The position numbers and the translations under genes are program-made. A stretch of DNA of 59,831 nucleotides, counting the filler, from Candidatus Tectimicrobiota bacterium (GTDB lineage: Bacteria; JACPSX01): the NCBI GenBank assembly GCA_016193065.1. It is 3 parts of 3 records of this genome, joined end to end, with 100 filler letters (N's around TTAATTAATTAA, not from the genome) between each part and the next. Parts side by side here need not be neighbours in the genome. Positions count along the whole stretch, not along the records: positions 1 to 23,662 come from JACPSX010000161.1; 2 more parts are not named here. One strand, 5' to 3'. The notes under the pieces were generated by a model. That model was not told the origin of the DNA. It did not search any database and worked only from the letters and a program-made list of their open reading frames with translations. This document shows positions 9,605 through 19,523 of this stretch, one piece after another (the stretch's first letter is position 1; each line of letters begins with the position of its first letter).

Positions 9605-11362
9605 ATGGCATCCAGCCTTGCAAAGATCCTGGACCGGAGTACCCTGCGCCGGATGGCCGGGCCTCGCTCGTTCGAGCGGGGTGAAGAGTACTTCGCCGGC
9701 GGGCAGGTTCGCGCCCTCGCGGAAGACGGTGGCACCCTCACGGCGAGAGTGCTCGGCACGCGGGAGTATCGCGTGAAGCTCTGGGTCGAAAAGGGCGAGA
9801 TCGACTACTCCTGCACCTGCCCCGTGGGCATGGCCGGGGAGTTCTGCAAGCACTGCGTGGCCGCCGGGCTTTCGTGGCTCGACGGGGCGCATCCCGGAGA
9901 GGGGAAGCGGAAGAAGACGGGGAAGCCGGCCACCACAATGGACGACGTCCGCGCTTATCTCGGCGGACAGGAAAAGAAGGCCCTTGTCGAGATGCTCATG
10001 AAGCAGGCCATGGAGGACGACCGGTTGCGCCAGAGCCTTCTGCTGAAGGCGGCAAAGAAGAGCCCAAAGGGTCTGGACACGGCGGCGTACCGGGCGGCCA
10101 TCGAGGAAGCGATCGACATCGGGGAATTCATTGATTACCGGGGCGCGTACGACTACGCGCGGGGCATCGGAGAGGCCGTGGATTCGGTCGAGGAACTCCT
10201 CAAGGAAGGGCACAACGTAGAGGTAATCGAGCTCGCCGAGCACGCATTGGCTGCGGCCGAAGATGCGATGGGATCGGTCGACGACTCGGATGGGCTCATG
10301 GGCGGCATCCTGGAGCGGTTGCAGGAGATCCATCTCAAAGCCTGCAAGAAGGCCAAACCGGACCCAGAGGCACTGGCCAGGCGACTCTTCGAATGGGAGA
10401 TCCGAACGGAGTGGGACACGTTCTACGGCGCCGCCGAAACATACGCCAACGTCCTTGGCGAGAAGGGGCTGGCGGTGTACCGCAAGCTTGCCGAAGCCCG
10501 GTGGGCGAGCGTACAGACCCTCGGCCCAGGGGACGATGATACGAAAAGGTTCGGGAAGCACTTCCGGATCACGCACATCATGGAGACGCTGGCCCGGCAG
10601 ACCGGCGACGTGGAGGCCGTGGTCGCGGTCAAGAAACGCGACCTCTCTTCCCCTTATTCCTACCTCGAGATCGCCCAGGCCTATAAGCAGGCGCGCAAGC
10701 ACGACCTGGCGTTGGAATGGGCGGAGCGGGGTGTGAAAGCTTTCCCGAAGCGGCCGGATCCCAGGCTCAACGAGTTCCTGGCCGAGGAGTACCACCGCCG
10801 GAAGCGTCACGACGAGGCGATGGCCCTCATCTGGATCGACTTCACGGCGGCGCCCGGCCCGGACCTCTACCGAAAGCTGAAAAGCCATGCCGATCGGATC
10901 GGGCAGTGGCCGGACTGGCGGGAGAAAGCCCTCACCCACCTGCGAGAGGAGATCGCGAAGGCGAAGCAGCAAGCGCAGAAAAGCCGCTGGGGGTGGTCCG
11001 CCTGGGCCGATCATTCGGAGCTCGTGAAGATCTTCCTCTGGGAGAAAGACGTTGAAGCCGCGTGGCGTGAGGCGAAGGAAGGCGGATGCTCCAGCGACCT
11101 CTGGCTGGCGCTTGCCGCCAAGCGGGAGAAAGGCCATCCGGATGAGGCCCTTCCCGTGTATCAGGCTCAAGTCGATCCGACCCTCAACCGGAAGAACAAT
11201 CAGGCATACCAAGAAGCCGTGGGCCTCCTGCGCAAGATCCGCGGTCTGATGACTGGTCTCGGCCGGGGGGCGGATTTCGCCCGGTACCTGGAATCCGTAC
11301 GCGCGGCGCACAAGCCCAAGCGGAACTTCATGAAGCTGCTGGATCGGGCGAAATGGCAATAA
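9605..11362 (+). CDS. SWIM zinc-finger protein with helical C-terminal region
   Basis: CTCP..GEFCKHCVA SWIM motif after SFERGEEY; C-terminal HKPKRNFMKLL; ATG 9605 has a GGGAG RBS (the ORF is open from 9542). Confidence 0.8.
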   Translation: MASSLAKILDRSTLRRMAGPRSFERGEEYFAGGQVRALAEDGGTLTARVLGTREYRVKLWVEKGEIDYSCTCPVGMAGEFCKHCVAAGLSWLDGAHPGEGKRKKTGKPATTMDDVRAYLGGQEKKALVEMLMKQAMEDDRLRQSLLLKAAKKSPKGLDTAAYRAAIEEAIDIGEFIDYRGAYDYARGIGEAVDSVEELLKEGHNVEVIELAEHALAAAEDAMGSVDDSDGLMGGILERLQEIHLKACKKAKPDPEALARRLFEWEIRTEWDTFYGAAETYANVLGEKGLAVYRKLAEARWASVQTLGPGDDDTKRFGKHFRITHIMETLARQTGDVEAVVAVKKRDLSSPYSYLEIAQAYKQARKHDLALEWAERGVKAFPKRPDPRLNEFLAEEYHRRKRHDEAMALIWIDFTAAPGPDLYRKLKSHADRIGQWPDWREKALTHLREEIAKAKQQAQKSRWGWSAWADHSELVKIFLWEKDVEAAWREAKEGGCSSDLWLALAAKREKGHPDEALPVYQAQVDPTLNRKNNQAYQEAVGLLRKIRGLMTGLGRGADFARYLESVRAAHKPKRNFMKLLDRAKWQ

Positions 11363-11410
11363 TGATAGAGCTTCACAGGATTTGGATCAAACGAAGGAGG
11401 AGAGTTCCTC

Positions 11411-12157
11411 ATGGCTGCAGGAAGAAAAGGGACGTCCCGACCTCCCGGGCCCACCATTGATCAGGTGATCGAGGAATTTCTGGCCGATCAGCGCGGGCGG
11501 CTGAAACGCCGAACTTTCACCCAGCACAAAGACGTGCTCGACCTGCTGCGGAGCCACCTGAACGGCTACGGATACGAGGGCTTGTCCAAGGCCGAATCCG
11601 CCCTTTTCGACAAGTACTATGACGCCGAGGGGGAAGAACACTGCGAATTCTGCCGGCTCTTCGGGCCGGACAAGATCGTCGAGAACCTGGGGGGATTCCT
11701 CGGGTACTTCATGATCCGCAAGGTCATCGCCGGCGCGGAACTCAAGCGCGCCGCGGGCACGGTGACGAAGAAGCTCAGCCAGTGGCTAGTCGAGAAAGGA
11801 TACATTTCCGAGGAGTCCGCTCGCGAGGGCTCGGAGCGGGGCGGCGAAGCAGCCAGGGATCTCCCCAAGGCCGACAGGGCAACGGAGATCCTTCTTGAGG
11901 CTGCGGAGAAGTTCGCCGCCGCTGGGAAAGAACTGGACGACAAGGACTACCGGGATTTCGGCCAGTACACGATTGCCAAGTTGGAACCGGGAAAGCTCTG
12001 GCTGAAAGATCCGGAGAGAGACGAAACTCTGGGTCCAGTCCCTGTCCCCAAGGAAGCGACCAGCCTGCTGGAAGAAGGCTGGGAACTCAGTTGTGCGATG
12101 GGAAGGATTCGCGGGCAGTGGCAGATTTTGGAAATCGCCAACGTGTATCCTATGTAA
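11411..12157 (+). CDS. Conserved hypothetical protein
   Basis: 248 aa ORF with strong RBS (AAGGAGGAG) and coding-like codon usage; no recognised catalytic motif. Confidence 0.7.
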   Translation: MAAGRKGTSRPPGPTIDQVIEEFLADQRGRLKRRTFTQHKDVLDLLRSHLNGYGYEGLSKAESALFDKYYDAEGEEHCEFCRLFGPDKIVENLGGFLGYFMIRKVIAGAELKRAAGTVTKKLSQWLVEKGYISEESAREGSERGGEAARDLPKADRATEILLEAAEKFAAAGKELDDKDYRDFGQYTIAKLEPGKLWLKDPERDETLGPVPVPKEATSLLEEGWELSCAMGRIRGQWQILEIANVYPM

Positions 12158-12283
12158 GAGGAGAACCGAGGTGGGGTGAGAAAAGGGGACACCCCCATCC
12201 TGGCCTTCCCCGCACGCCCAGAGGGTACCCGGGGGGAAGGGATCAATTGGGCGGACTTTCCCTGTCTGTTGAACGGAGGAAGT

Positions 12284-14536
12284 ATGGTTACCGTTTCCCC
12301 CCCTGGATGGGGGAATCCCCTCCTGTACGGGCATGACCTGACGCCGGGAATCGTGGCGGTGGAGATGACTCCGGCAGGGAGCATTTCTCTCTACATCCGC
12401 CGCGAGGGGAAGGTCACCCGTACGGAAGAACCCCTGGAGCCGTTCATGTTTTTATCGGACGACTCTCTTCTGAAGGGATTCGAAGGGGAAGTGGAACGGA
12501 AGACCCTGGCGGGCAACGCGTTCTACCGGGAACTGCTCACCTTCCCTTGCTGGAAAGATCTCGAACAGTGCCGCAAGTACATCCAGACAAACGCGGGGAT
12601 CACTGCCGGGCATCCCGATTCCCCCCAGCTTTTCCTGAACGACCCCGTGCAGCAGTACTTGATCAAAAGCGGGAAAACCTCCTTCAAGGAGATGGACTTC
12701 TCCCGGCTCAAACGCCTGCAGGTAGACATTGAGACATACTGTGCCCCGGAGTTCGAGTTCCCCAACGCCGGCCGGAAGAGCGACCGGATCACGGCCATCG
12801 CCCTGTGCGACGAGAGCGGCTTCGAGCGCGTGCTCTTCGGAAAGGAGATGACGGAAGAGGAGATGTTGCGGGAGTTCGTGCGGCTGGTCCGGGATCTCGA
12901 TCCCGACGTCATCGAGGGTCACAACCTGTTCAAATTCGACCTCCCCTACCTGTGCACGCGGGCCAGGATGCACAAGGTCCACCTGGAGCTGGGCCGGGAA
13001 GGGCAGGAGCCCACCGTGCGCAACTCGCGTCTCATGATCGCCGAACGCACGATCGACTATCCCCGATACGGCATTTACGGCCGGCACGTTGTGGACACCT
13101 GGATCCTGGCCCAGTACTACGACATCGCCACCCGCGAGCTGGAAAGCTTCGGACTCAAGGACGTGGCCGTTCAGCTTGGGGTGGCGGGGCCTCAACGGGT
13201 GTACGTGGAAGGGGATCGCACCTCCTGGTACTTTGATCACGAACCCGAGACTCTCCTGAAGTATGCTCTGGACGACGTGCGGGAAGTGCGTGACATCAGC
13301 GCCCTCTTGAGCCCCAGCTATTTTCTCCAGGCCCAGATCTTCCCCTACTCGTTCCAAAACGTGGTCGTGCGGGGCAACGCGGCCAAAATCGACGCGCTCT
13401 TTCTGAGAGAGTATTTGCGCCAAGGGTACTCGATCCCGAAGCTCAAAGGCGGGACCGAAGTCGCCGGCGGCTATACGGACATCTTCTGGACCGGAGTGGT
13501 GAAGAACGTCCTGCATTGCGATGTCCAATCCCTATACCCTTCCATCATGCTGGCTTACGGGATATTTCCGGAATGCGACGAGCTCCAGATCTTTAGCAAG
13601 CTGCTGAAGGATCTGGTCCGTTTTCGACTGGAAGCGAAGGAACAGGAACGATTGGCGAAGGAAACCGGTCCGCGCAGCTATTACCACGCGCTGCAAACCA
13701 CCTTCAAGATCGTCATCAACTCCTTTTACGGCTACCTGGGGCATGCCTTCTCCCACTTCGCCGACTTCGTCCAGGCGGCGGCGGTGACCGAGAAGGGGAG
13801 GGTGATCCTGCGCACGATGATCGGATGGCTGCGGGAGCAGGAGTGCGAGATCGTGGAGATCGACACGGACGGGATCTACTTCGTCCCCCCTGCCGCAGCC
13901 TGGGATGAAAGCGGCGCGGAGCGCCTCATCGCCGATCTAAACGCCGCTCTCCCGGAGGGGATCGTGGTGGAGCTGGACGGCCGCTACGCCGCCATGTTCA
14001 GCTACACGATGAAGAACTACGCGCTTCTGGACCTCTCGGGGCGTCTCACGATCAAGGGCTCCGGCTTGCGCTCGCGGGGGATTGAAAAATACCAGCGGGA
14101 TTTCCTGCGGGAACTCATTCTGCTGGCCCTGCGCGGTGAATTGTCCCGCGCTCCCGGGCTTCTGGAACAGCGCCTGCGGGATATCGCCGAACACAAACTC
14201 CCCATCAAGGAGATCATGAAAACCGAGACACTGCAGGATTCGGTGGAAACCTACCAAGGGAAAATCAAAGAGGGGAAGAGAAACCGCAGCGCCCTCTACG
14301 AGCTGGCCCAGGTCTCCGGCCGGCCCTACCAGGCCGGGGATCAAGTCTCCTACTACGTGACCGGGGACTCCGCCAAGGTGACGGCTTATAACAATGCCAA
14401 ACTCGCGGCCGATTGGAGCCCTCAGCATCCGGATGAGAACGTGGCCTACTACCAGAAGAAGCTGCGGGAACTGTACGAGAAATTTGTCCCGGCCTTGAAT
14501 CCCGCCGGCCCTCAGGAGGACAAGAGCTCCTCGTAG
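12284..14536 (+). CDS. polB: Family B DNA polymerase with 3'-5' exonuclease domain
   Basis: ExoI DIET, ExoII GHNLFKFD, ExoIII YALDD; pol motifs DVQSLYPSI, KIVINSFYGYLG, DTDG; GGAGG RBS before ATG 12284. Confidence 0.9.
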   Translation: MVTVSPPGWGNPLLYGHDLTPGIVAVEMTPAGSISLYIRREGKVTRTEEPLEPFMFLSDDSLLKGFEGEVERKTLAGNAFYRELLTFPCWKDLEQCRKYIQTNAGITAGHPDSPQLFLNDPVQQYLIKSGKTSFKEMDFSRLKRLQVDIETYCAPEFEFPNAGRKSDRITAIALCDESGFERVLFGKEMTEEEMLREFVRLVRDLDPDVIEGHNLFKFDLPYLCTRARMHKVHLELGREGQEPTVRNSRLMIAERTIDYPRYGIYGRHVVDTWILAQYYDIATRELESFGLKDVAVQLGVAGPQRVYVEGDRTSWYFDHEPETLLKYALDDVREVRDISALLSPSYFLQAQIFPYSFQNVVVRGNAAKIDALFLREYLRQGYSIPKLKGGTEVAGGYTDIFWTGVVKNVLHCDVQSLYPSIMLAYGIFPECDELQIFSKLLKDLVRFRLEAKEQERLAKETGPRSYYHALQTTFKIVINSFYGYLGHAFSHFADFVQAAAVTEKGRVILRTMIGWLREQECEIVEIDTDGIYFVPPAAAWDESGAERLIADLNAALPEGIVVELDGRYAAMFSYTMKNYALLDLSGRLTIKGSGLRSRGIEKYQRDFLRELILLALRGELSRAPGLLEQRLRDIAEHKLPIKEIMKTETLQDSVETYQGKIKEGKRNRSALYELAQVSGRPYQAGDQVSYYVTGDSAKVTAYNNAKLAADWSPQHPDENVAYYQKKLRELYEKFVPALNPAGPQEDKSSS

Positions 14537-14871
14537 CGTCCTTTGCTGAACCCCGCAGTTGCCTTTTCTCCCCTCACGACCACGGGGCGCGAGATGAAGG
14601 TGTACTCCTGCGCCATCAGGCGAATCATTTCACGGGCAGACAGTTCTTTGCCTGCCAGCCCCATCGTCCGGTACTTGATTGCTCGCCTGGAGAAGAGCCC
14701 CCCGGCCCCGCCGACCTTCTTGGCCAAGCTCTCGACTTCCTTGGCCGACAAGGGCTCGGATTTCAGATCCCGGAACTCCATATCCCCCGCCTTGATCCCC
14801 TGCTCCTTGAGAAAGGCAACTGCCTTCTGGCAGGTGTTTCAGGTAGGCACCCAGTAGACCTGCACCTTCAT
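14512..14871 (-). CDS. ArsC/Spx/YffB-family thioredoxin-fold protein, predicted selenoprotein (UxxC)
   Basis: Hand translation MKVQVYWVPT-TGA-NTCQKAVAFLKEQG continues in frame into the 89 aa ORF (ISRPVV motif); TGA 14841-14839 is at the first Cys of the CxxC; RBS AAAGGAGGAG. Confidence 0.8.
14810..14838 (-). promoter_or_regulatory. Putative bacterial SECIS element
   Basis: AGAAGGC-AGTT-GCCTTTCT hairpin; G/U-containing loop starts 17 nt after UGA. Confidence 0.5.
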
Positions 14872-15056
14872 CGGTTCTCCTCCTTTAAGAAAGTCCTTCT
14901 CTAGACTGCCCGAGTTCCGGTACCCCGTCAAGCCGGCTCTGAGAGGGCACCCCGGTCCCTCCCTTCTCTCTTGCCCTCCCCCCAGGTTCCGGGTAAAGTG
15001 GGCTATCTTTTCCACGTCGACGTGGACATGAGTTTTCTCGATTGAAAGGAGGCTGA

Positions 15057-15913
15057 ATGTATCTGGACCGGCGACGCTCACCCATTGCCTGGCCCGATGG
15101 GGCCCGCATCGTAATCATCCCCTGTGTAGCCTTTGAAACCTGGCCTGCCGACCTGGGCACTCCGGAGACCATGCAAAACGAAGATCGCCCGCCGCTTTCC
15201 AAAAACGCTCTCTTCCGCAGGGACCTGTGCTCCGTAACGGACCGGGAGTACGGCGAGCGGGTGGGCGTGTTCCGGATGCTCGACGTCTTCGCCCGGGAAG
15301 GGATCCACACCACATTTTTCCTCAACGCCATTAACCTGGAGCGCTGTTCGGAAGCCTGCAAAGCCATCCAGGAGGCGGGTCACGAGCTGGCCTCGGAAAA
15401 TTATATCCACGACTACAGCTTCATGAAGACCTACGAGCAGGAGCGCGAAGATCAACGCAAGACCGGGCGCATCTTCGAGCAGAGGACCGGGCAGCGTCCC
15501 GTGGGCTACCTGTCTACAGGCGTGCGCCCCTCGAACAACACCCCGGAGATTATCGCAGAGGAGGGCTAGTGAACGGAAAGAAGAAGCTTGTGGTCATGTC
15601 CTACCTGCGCTACTTGAACGACTACTCGACGATGAAAAGCGTGGAGAGAATCCCCCAGGATCTGCTGAGCGTGTGGAAAGACACCTTTGACCAGCTTTAC
15701 CTGGAGGGAGAAACCTACCCCTCCATGATGGCCTGGGGCCTGCATCCGTTCCTGAGCGGACGTCCCTACCGAGCCAAAATTCTCCGGGAGTTTATCCGCT
15801 ATGCCAAGGGACATCCTGGGGTGTGGTTCGCCCGCTGCCAGGAGGTAGCCCGCTGGTGGAAGGATCACTACTCGGAATCCTGGGTGGAGGAGTGGCCCAA
15901 CATCCGCATGTAG
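15057..15913 (+). pseudogene. Polysaccharide deacetylase/PuuE-like gene split into two frames
   Basis: N half (REYGERVGVFRMLDVF, GHELA, PVGY) ends at TAG 15569; C half (KDTFDQLYLEG, LHPFLSGRPYR, VWFAR) resumes in another frame. Confidence 0.7.
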
Positions 15914-16053
15914 CCCGCGTGTTCCGTCGACTGGGACCCAGCGCTCGAAAGCAGGCGCGCTGCCGAGTCCCGGAAAAAAAGAGTACGAACTCTCTGTCCT
16001 CCGGGCTACCATAACGAGCGTTGGAATCAGGCCCGGAGGTATGAGGAGGAACT

Positions 16054-16755
16054 GTGGACCCGGGAGCCGCCAGGCTGGTTCTCTTCGATATTGACCAGAC
16101 GCTGATTTCTTCCGCGGGGGCCGGGATCAGGGCACTGAACGCGGCGTTTCAGCAGGAGCTGGGGATTTCCGACGCCCTGCGGGGGATCCGCTGCGACGGC
16201 AAACTGGATCCCGCCATCATCAAAGAGGTCCTGGACCCGCAAGGGGACGGGGCACACCCCGAACTCATGCACAGGGTCCTGAGGCGCTACCTGGAATGTC
16301 TGCGCGCGGAGATGGAGCAGACCCAAGGAGGGCACATTAAACCGGGAATCCAGGCCCTTCTCGACCGACTCCACGAATCCGGTCTGAGCCTGGGTCTTCT
16401 CACCGGAAATGTCCGGCAGGGGGCTCTCATTAAGCTCCGTCACTTCGCCCTGGACTCATACTTCCCCGTTGGCGCCTTTGGCGACGACGCGGAGGAGCGC
16501 TGGCAACTGGTCCCGGTCGCCAGGCAGCGGGCTGAGGATCATTACGGGCGATCGTTCCCGCCTAACCGCATCTTTGTCATCGGGGACTCCCCCCGCGACA
16601 TCGAATGTTGCCGGCCCAGCGGCGCGGTTTCCATTGCCGTGGCCACCGGATCGAGTTCCATGGAGGCGCTGGCCACCCAAAACCCCCACTACGTTTTCCC
16701 CGATTGTTCCCAATTCCAGCGCATTGCTCGGGCGATCCTGTCTCACGAGACTTAG
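16054..16755 (+). CDS. HAD-superfamily hydrolase
   Basis: LFDIDQTL, LLTGN, IGDSPRD. Confidence 0.85.
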   Translation: MDPGAARLVLFDIDQTLISSAGAGIRALNAAFQQELGISDALRGIRCDGKLDPAIIKEVLDPQGDGAHPELMHRVLRRYLECLRAEMEQTQGGHIKPGIQALLDRLHESGLSLGLLTGNVRQGALIKLRHFALDSYFPVGAFGDDAEERWQLVPVARQRAEDHYGRSFPPNRIFVIGDSPRDIECCRPSGAVSIAVATGSSSMEALATQNPHYVFPDCSQFQRIARAILSHET

Positions 16756-16769
16756 GGAGGGGGACGGAG

Positions 16770-17564
16770 ATGTTCGGGCGGAGATTCTTCCTTGCGAACT
16801 TGCTGGCCGGATTCGGAGCCCTGTTGTTCCCGGGCCGCAGCCGGGCGAGCTGTCAACTCAACGTGGTCCAGGGCCCCGGGCAGAGAGAACGGGTGAGGCC
16901 CGTAAGCTTTCACGCCACCGGAAAGACGACTCTGGAGTGGATCGCCCACGCTTGCTTTGCGATCACGACGGGACAGGGGACAAGGATCGTCGCGGACCCG
17001 GCCTTCCGCCTGGAGGGTCCCCCTTTGCCGGCAGCGGACGTGGTCACCGCAGGCTGCCTCCACCCCTTTCACAATGCTTTGGGCGCCGTGCCGGGGAATC
17101 CCAGGGCATTTGTCGGCATCAGCCCGGATGGACAGAATTGGAACCGGATCAGCGCCACCGTGAAAGAGGTCAAGATCACCTCAGTCCCCACGCTGCATCT
17201 CGACGGGCAGCAAAAGGGGTCCGCGTTCCTCTTCCAGTTTGGCGGGCTGTGCCTTGTTCACCTGGGGGATCTAGGGCAGCCCCTCACCCCCGAGCTGCGG
17301 AGCTTGTTGGGACGGCCGGACGTCCTGCTGCTCCCCATCGGCGGCGGCAGCTATTCCATCGGGCCGGAACGCGCCCGTGCGGTTCTGCAAGATCTCCAGC
17401 CCCGCCTTGCGATCCCGATGCACACCGGGGAACCCGAAGAAGAGGTCATCTCCCGCTTCGTTGCTGGATTCCCCCGGGTTCAAAGACTCGAACAGACGAC
17501 CCTCTCCCTGACGCGGTTGTCGCTGCCCGTACAGACGACCATTGCCGTCCTGAAGCATCTTTGA
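16770..17564 (+). CDS. Secreted MBL-fold metallo-hydrolase-like protein
   Basis: Tat-like MFGRRFFL signal; HACF, HLGDLG, DVLLLPIGG, IPMH. Confidence 0.75.
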   Translation: MFGRRFFLANLLAGFGALLFPGRSRASCQLNVVQGPGQRERVRPVSFHATGKTTLEWIAHACFAITTGQGTRIVADPAFRLEGPPLPAADVVTAGCLHPFHNALGAVPGNPRAFVGISPDGQNWNRISATVKEVKITSVPTLHLDGQQKGSAFLFQFGGLCLVHLGDLGQPLTPELRSLLGRPDVLLLPIGGGSYSIGPERARAVLQDLQPRLAIPMHTGEPEEEVISRFVAGFPRVQRLEQTTLSLTRLSLPVQTTIAVLKHL

Positions 17565-17567
17565 CGC

Positions 17568-18257
17568 GTGCGCGATTCAGAGCTTCTTCGCTTGGAAAAG
17601 ACAATCATTTGCTGCCGGCGCTGCCCCCGACTGGTACGCTACCGGGAGGAAGTGGCCCGCACAAAGCGGCGCCAGTACCAGAATTGGGAGTATTGGGGTC
17701 GTCCGCTGCCGGGATTTGGCGATCCCAAAGCCCGCCTCTTGGTGGTGGGCCTGGCGCCGGCAGCTCACGGGGCCAACCGCACGGGACGGCTGTTCACAGG
17801 AGACCGCAGCGGAGACTGGCTCTACGAAGCCCTTTACCGGTTCGGCTTTGCCAACCAGCCGACCGCCACGAGCCGCCAGGACGGCTTAAAGCTCAAGGAC
17901 TGCTACATCACAGCCATCGTTCGCTGCGCTCCGCCGCAAAACAAGCCCACCCTCCAGGAACAGAACAACTGCCGGCCCTACCTGCTGGAGGAGATCCCGC
18001 TCCTGAAGAAAGTTCGGGTCGTCATTGCCCTGGGGCAGATGGCCTTTGCGGGCTATTTGAGAGCTCGAAAGGAACTGGATCTCTCTCTCCCCGGGCCCCT
18101 GCCTCGATTTGCCCATGGCAGCAGAACCGATTTTGGGGACAGGATGACCCTCCTCGGTTCCTACCACCCGAGCCAGCAAAACACCTTTACCGGGCGCCTT
18201 ACGGCTCCCATGTTTCATAAGGTCTTCGCCACAGCTCGGCATCTTCTTCCCCATTAG
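17568..18257 (+). CDS. Uracil-DNA glycosylase family 5 (UdgB-like)
   Basis: CRRCPRL Fe-S motif, GLAPAAHGANRTGRLFTGD, YHPSQQNT. Confidence 0.9.
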   Translation: MRDSELLRLEKTIICCRRCPRLVRYREEVARTKRRQYQNWEYWGRPLPGFGDPKARLLVVGLAPAAHGANRTGRLFTGDRSGDWLYEALYRFGFANQPTATSRQDGLKLKDCYITAIVRCAPPQNKPTLQEQNNCRPYLLEEIPLLKKVRVVIALGQMAFAGYLRARKELDLSLPGPLPRFAHGSRTDFGDRMTLLGSYHPSQQNTFTGRLTAPMFHKVFATARHLLPH

Positions 18258-18494
18258 GGACAAGCTCCCCTGCGCGAAGCCTCTGGAATGTTGGAGTTGA
18301 CCCCGATCCGAAATTCTGACCCCGGACGCCTCCTTCAACACAGATCTGAAAAGCCATAGGACCAAACTCCCAAAATGATCCAGAAACGTGAAGGCCCGAT
18401 TTCCAATGATTATGAACCTCATAGTTTCGGATCGGGGTTGAAGGAACAGGGTTTTTCTGCTATTTCTGCAAGGGGCAAGGAAGGAGCTGGAGTT

Positions 18495-18731
18495 TTGGTC
18501 GTACAGGTTGAGTGCTATGCGGGCTACCGGGGTAACGAGCGTCCCCTGCGGTTCTCCTTCGGCAACCGCACCTACGAAGTGCGGCGCATTTTGGACCGTT
18601 GGTACGGGGAAGACCACCGTTATTTCAAAGTCCAGGCCGACAACGAATACATTTACCTCCTCAAGTACAATGAAGCCGAGGATCTCTGGACCCTCGAATG
18701 GGTCGACCCTCAAAGAGATTCCTCCCCTTAA
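18495..18731 (+). CDS. Small conserved hypothetical protein
   Basis: VECYAGYRGNERP...DRWYGEDHRYFKV pattern of a widespread small protein; start uncertain. Confidence 0.6.
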   Translation: MVVQVECYAGYRGNERPLRFSFGNRTYEVRRILDRWYGEDHRYFKVQADNEYIYLLKYNEAEDLWTLEWVDPQRDSSP

Positions 18732-18746
18732 AGGATACGCAAAAAG

Positions 18747-19511
18747 GTGATCCACTTCCTGCGGATGCCCAACTGGGATCTGATCCCCAACTTAATCTAT
18801 GGATTCCTGGAACGAAACGGAGGGGTGAGTGCCCGACCCTTTGACACCTTAAACCTCTCCTATCGGGTCGGCGATGACCCGGCCTCCGTGAAATCAAACT
18901 GGCATCGTGTGAAAAACCGTTTAGGACTCGACGGCCTGCCCATCGTGACACTGAAGCAAGTTCATGGGGACCACATTGTGACCCTGTCGAACCCGGCCTC
19001 AAAAGACGCTGGGGAGGGAGATGCTTTGGTAACTCGAACCCCACACACGATCCTGGGGATCCTGACGGCGGATTGTGTCCCGATCTTACTGGTCGATCCC
19101 TCCACTCGTGTTGTGGCTGCGGTTCATGCGGGGTGGCGCGGGACCTTGCTCGGGATTACCGAGAAAGCCGTGCAGCACTTGAAGGCCCACTTTGCCGTCC
19201 ACACCGAAAACCTGCAGGCCGCCCTGGGACCGGCCATCGGCGGGTGCTGCTACGAGATTGAGAGCCACATTTTCGAGCGGATCCAGGCGCGCTGGGGGCC
19301 GGACTCCGAGCCGGCTTGGAGCAGCCACGGCGAGCGGGGAAACCTCGATTTGAGGACCCTGATTACACACCAGCTCTACGGCGCCGGTTTGAAGGAGACC
19401 CAGGTCTTCCGGGTCGGGCCCTGCACTTCCTGCTCCCCCGATTTTTTCTCCTACCGCCGGGAGCGCAAAGAGACCGGGAGGCAACTGAGCTTTATCGGCT
19501 GGCTCTCCTAG
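18747..19511 (+). CDS. pgeF: PgeF/YfiH family (purine nucleoside phosphorylase / peptidoglycan editing factor)
   Basis: QVHG, TADCVPIL, HAGWRG, GPAIGGCCYE, FFSYRR. Confidence 0.9.
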   Translation: MIHFLRMPNWDLIPNLIYGFLERNGGVSARPFDTLNLSYRVGDDPASVKSNWHRVKNRLGLDGLPIVTLKQVHGDHIVTLSNPASKDAGEGDALVTRTPHTILGILTADCVPILLVDPSTRVVAAVHAGWRGTLLGITEKAVQHLKAHFAVHTENLQAALGPAIGGCCYEIESHIFERIQARWGPDSEPAWSSHGERGNLDLRTLITHQLYGAGLKETQVFRVGPCTSCSPDFFSYRRERKETGRQLSFIGWLS

Positions 19512-19523
19512 AAAAGGGAATCC

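Noticed and set aside
9506-11359. 617 aa antisense ORF and other long shadow ORFs (e.g. 16409-18220, 25761-27050, 29764-30954, 58253-59569)
   Set aside because: They overlap well-supported genes, are expected in high-GC DNA and carry no recognisable motifs.
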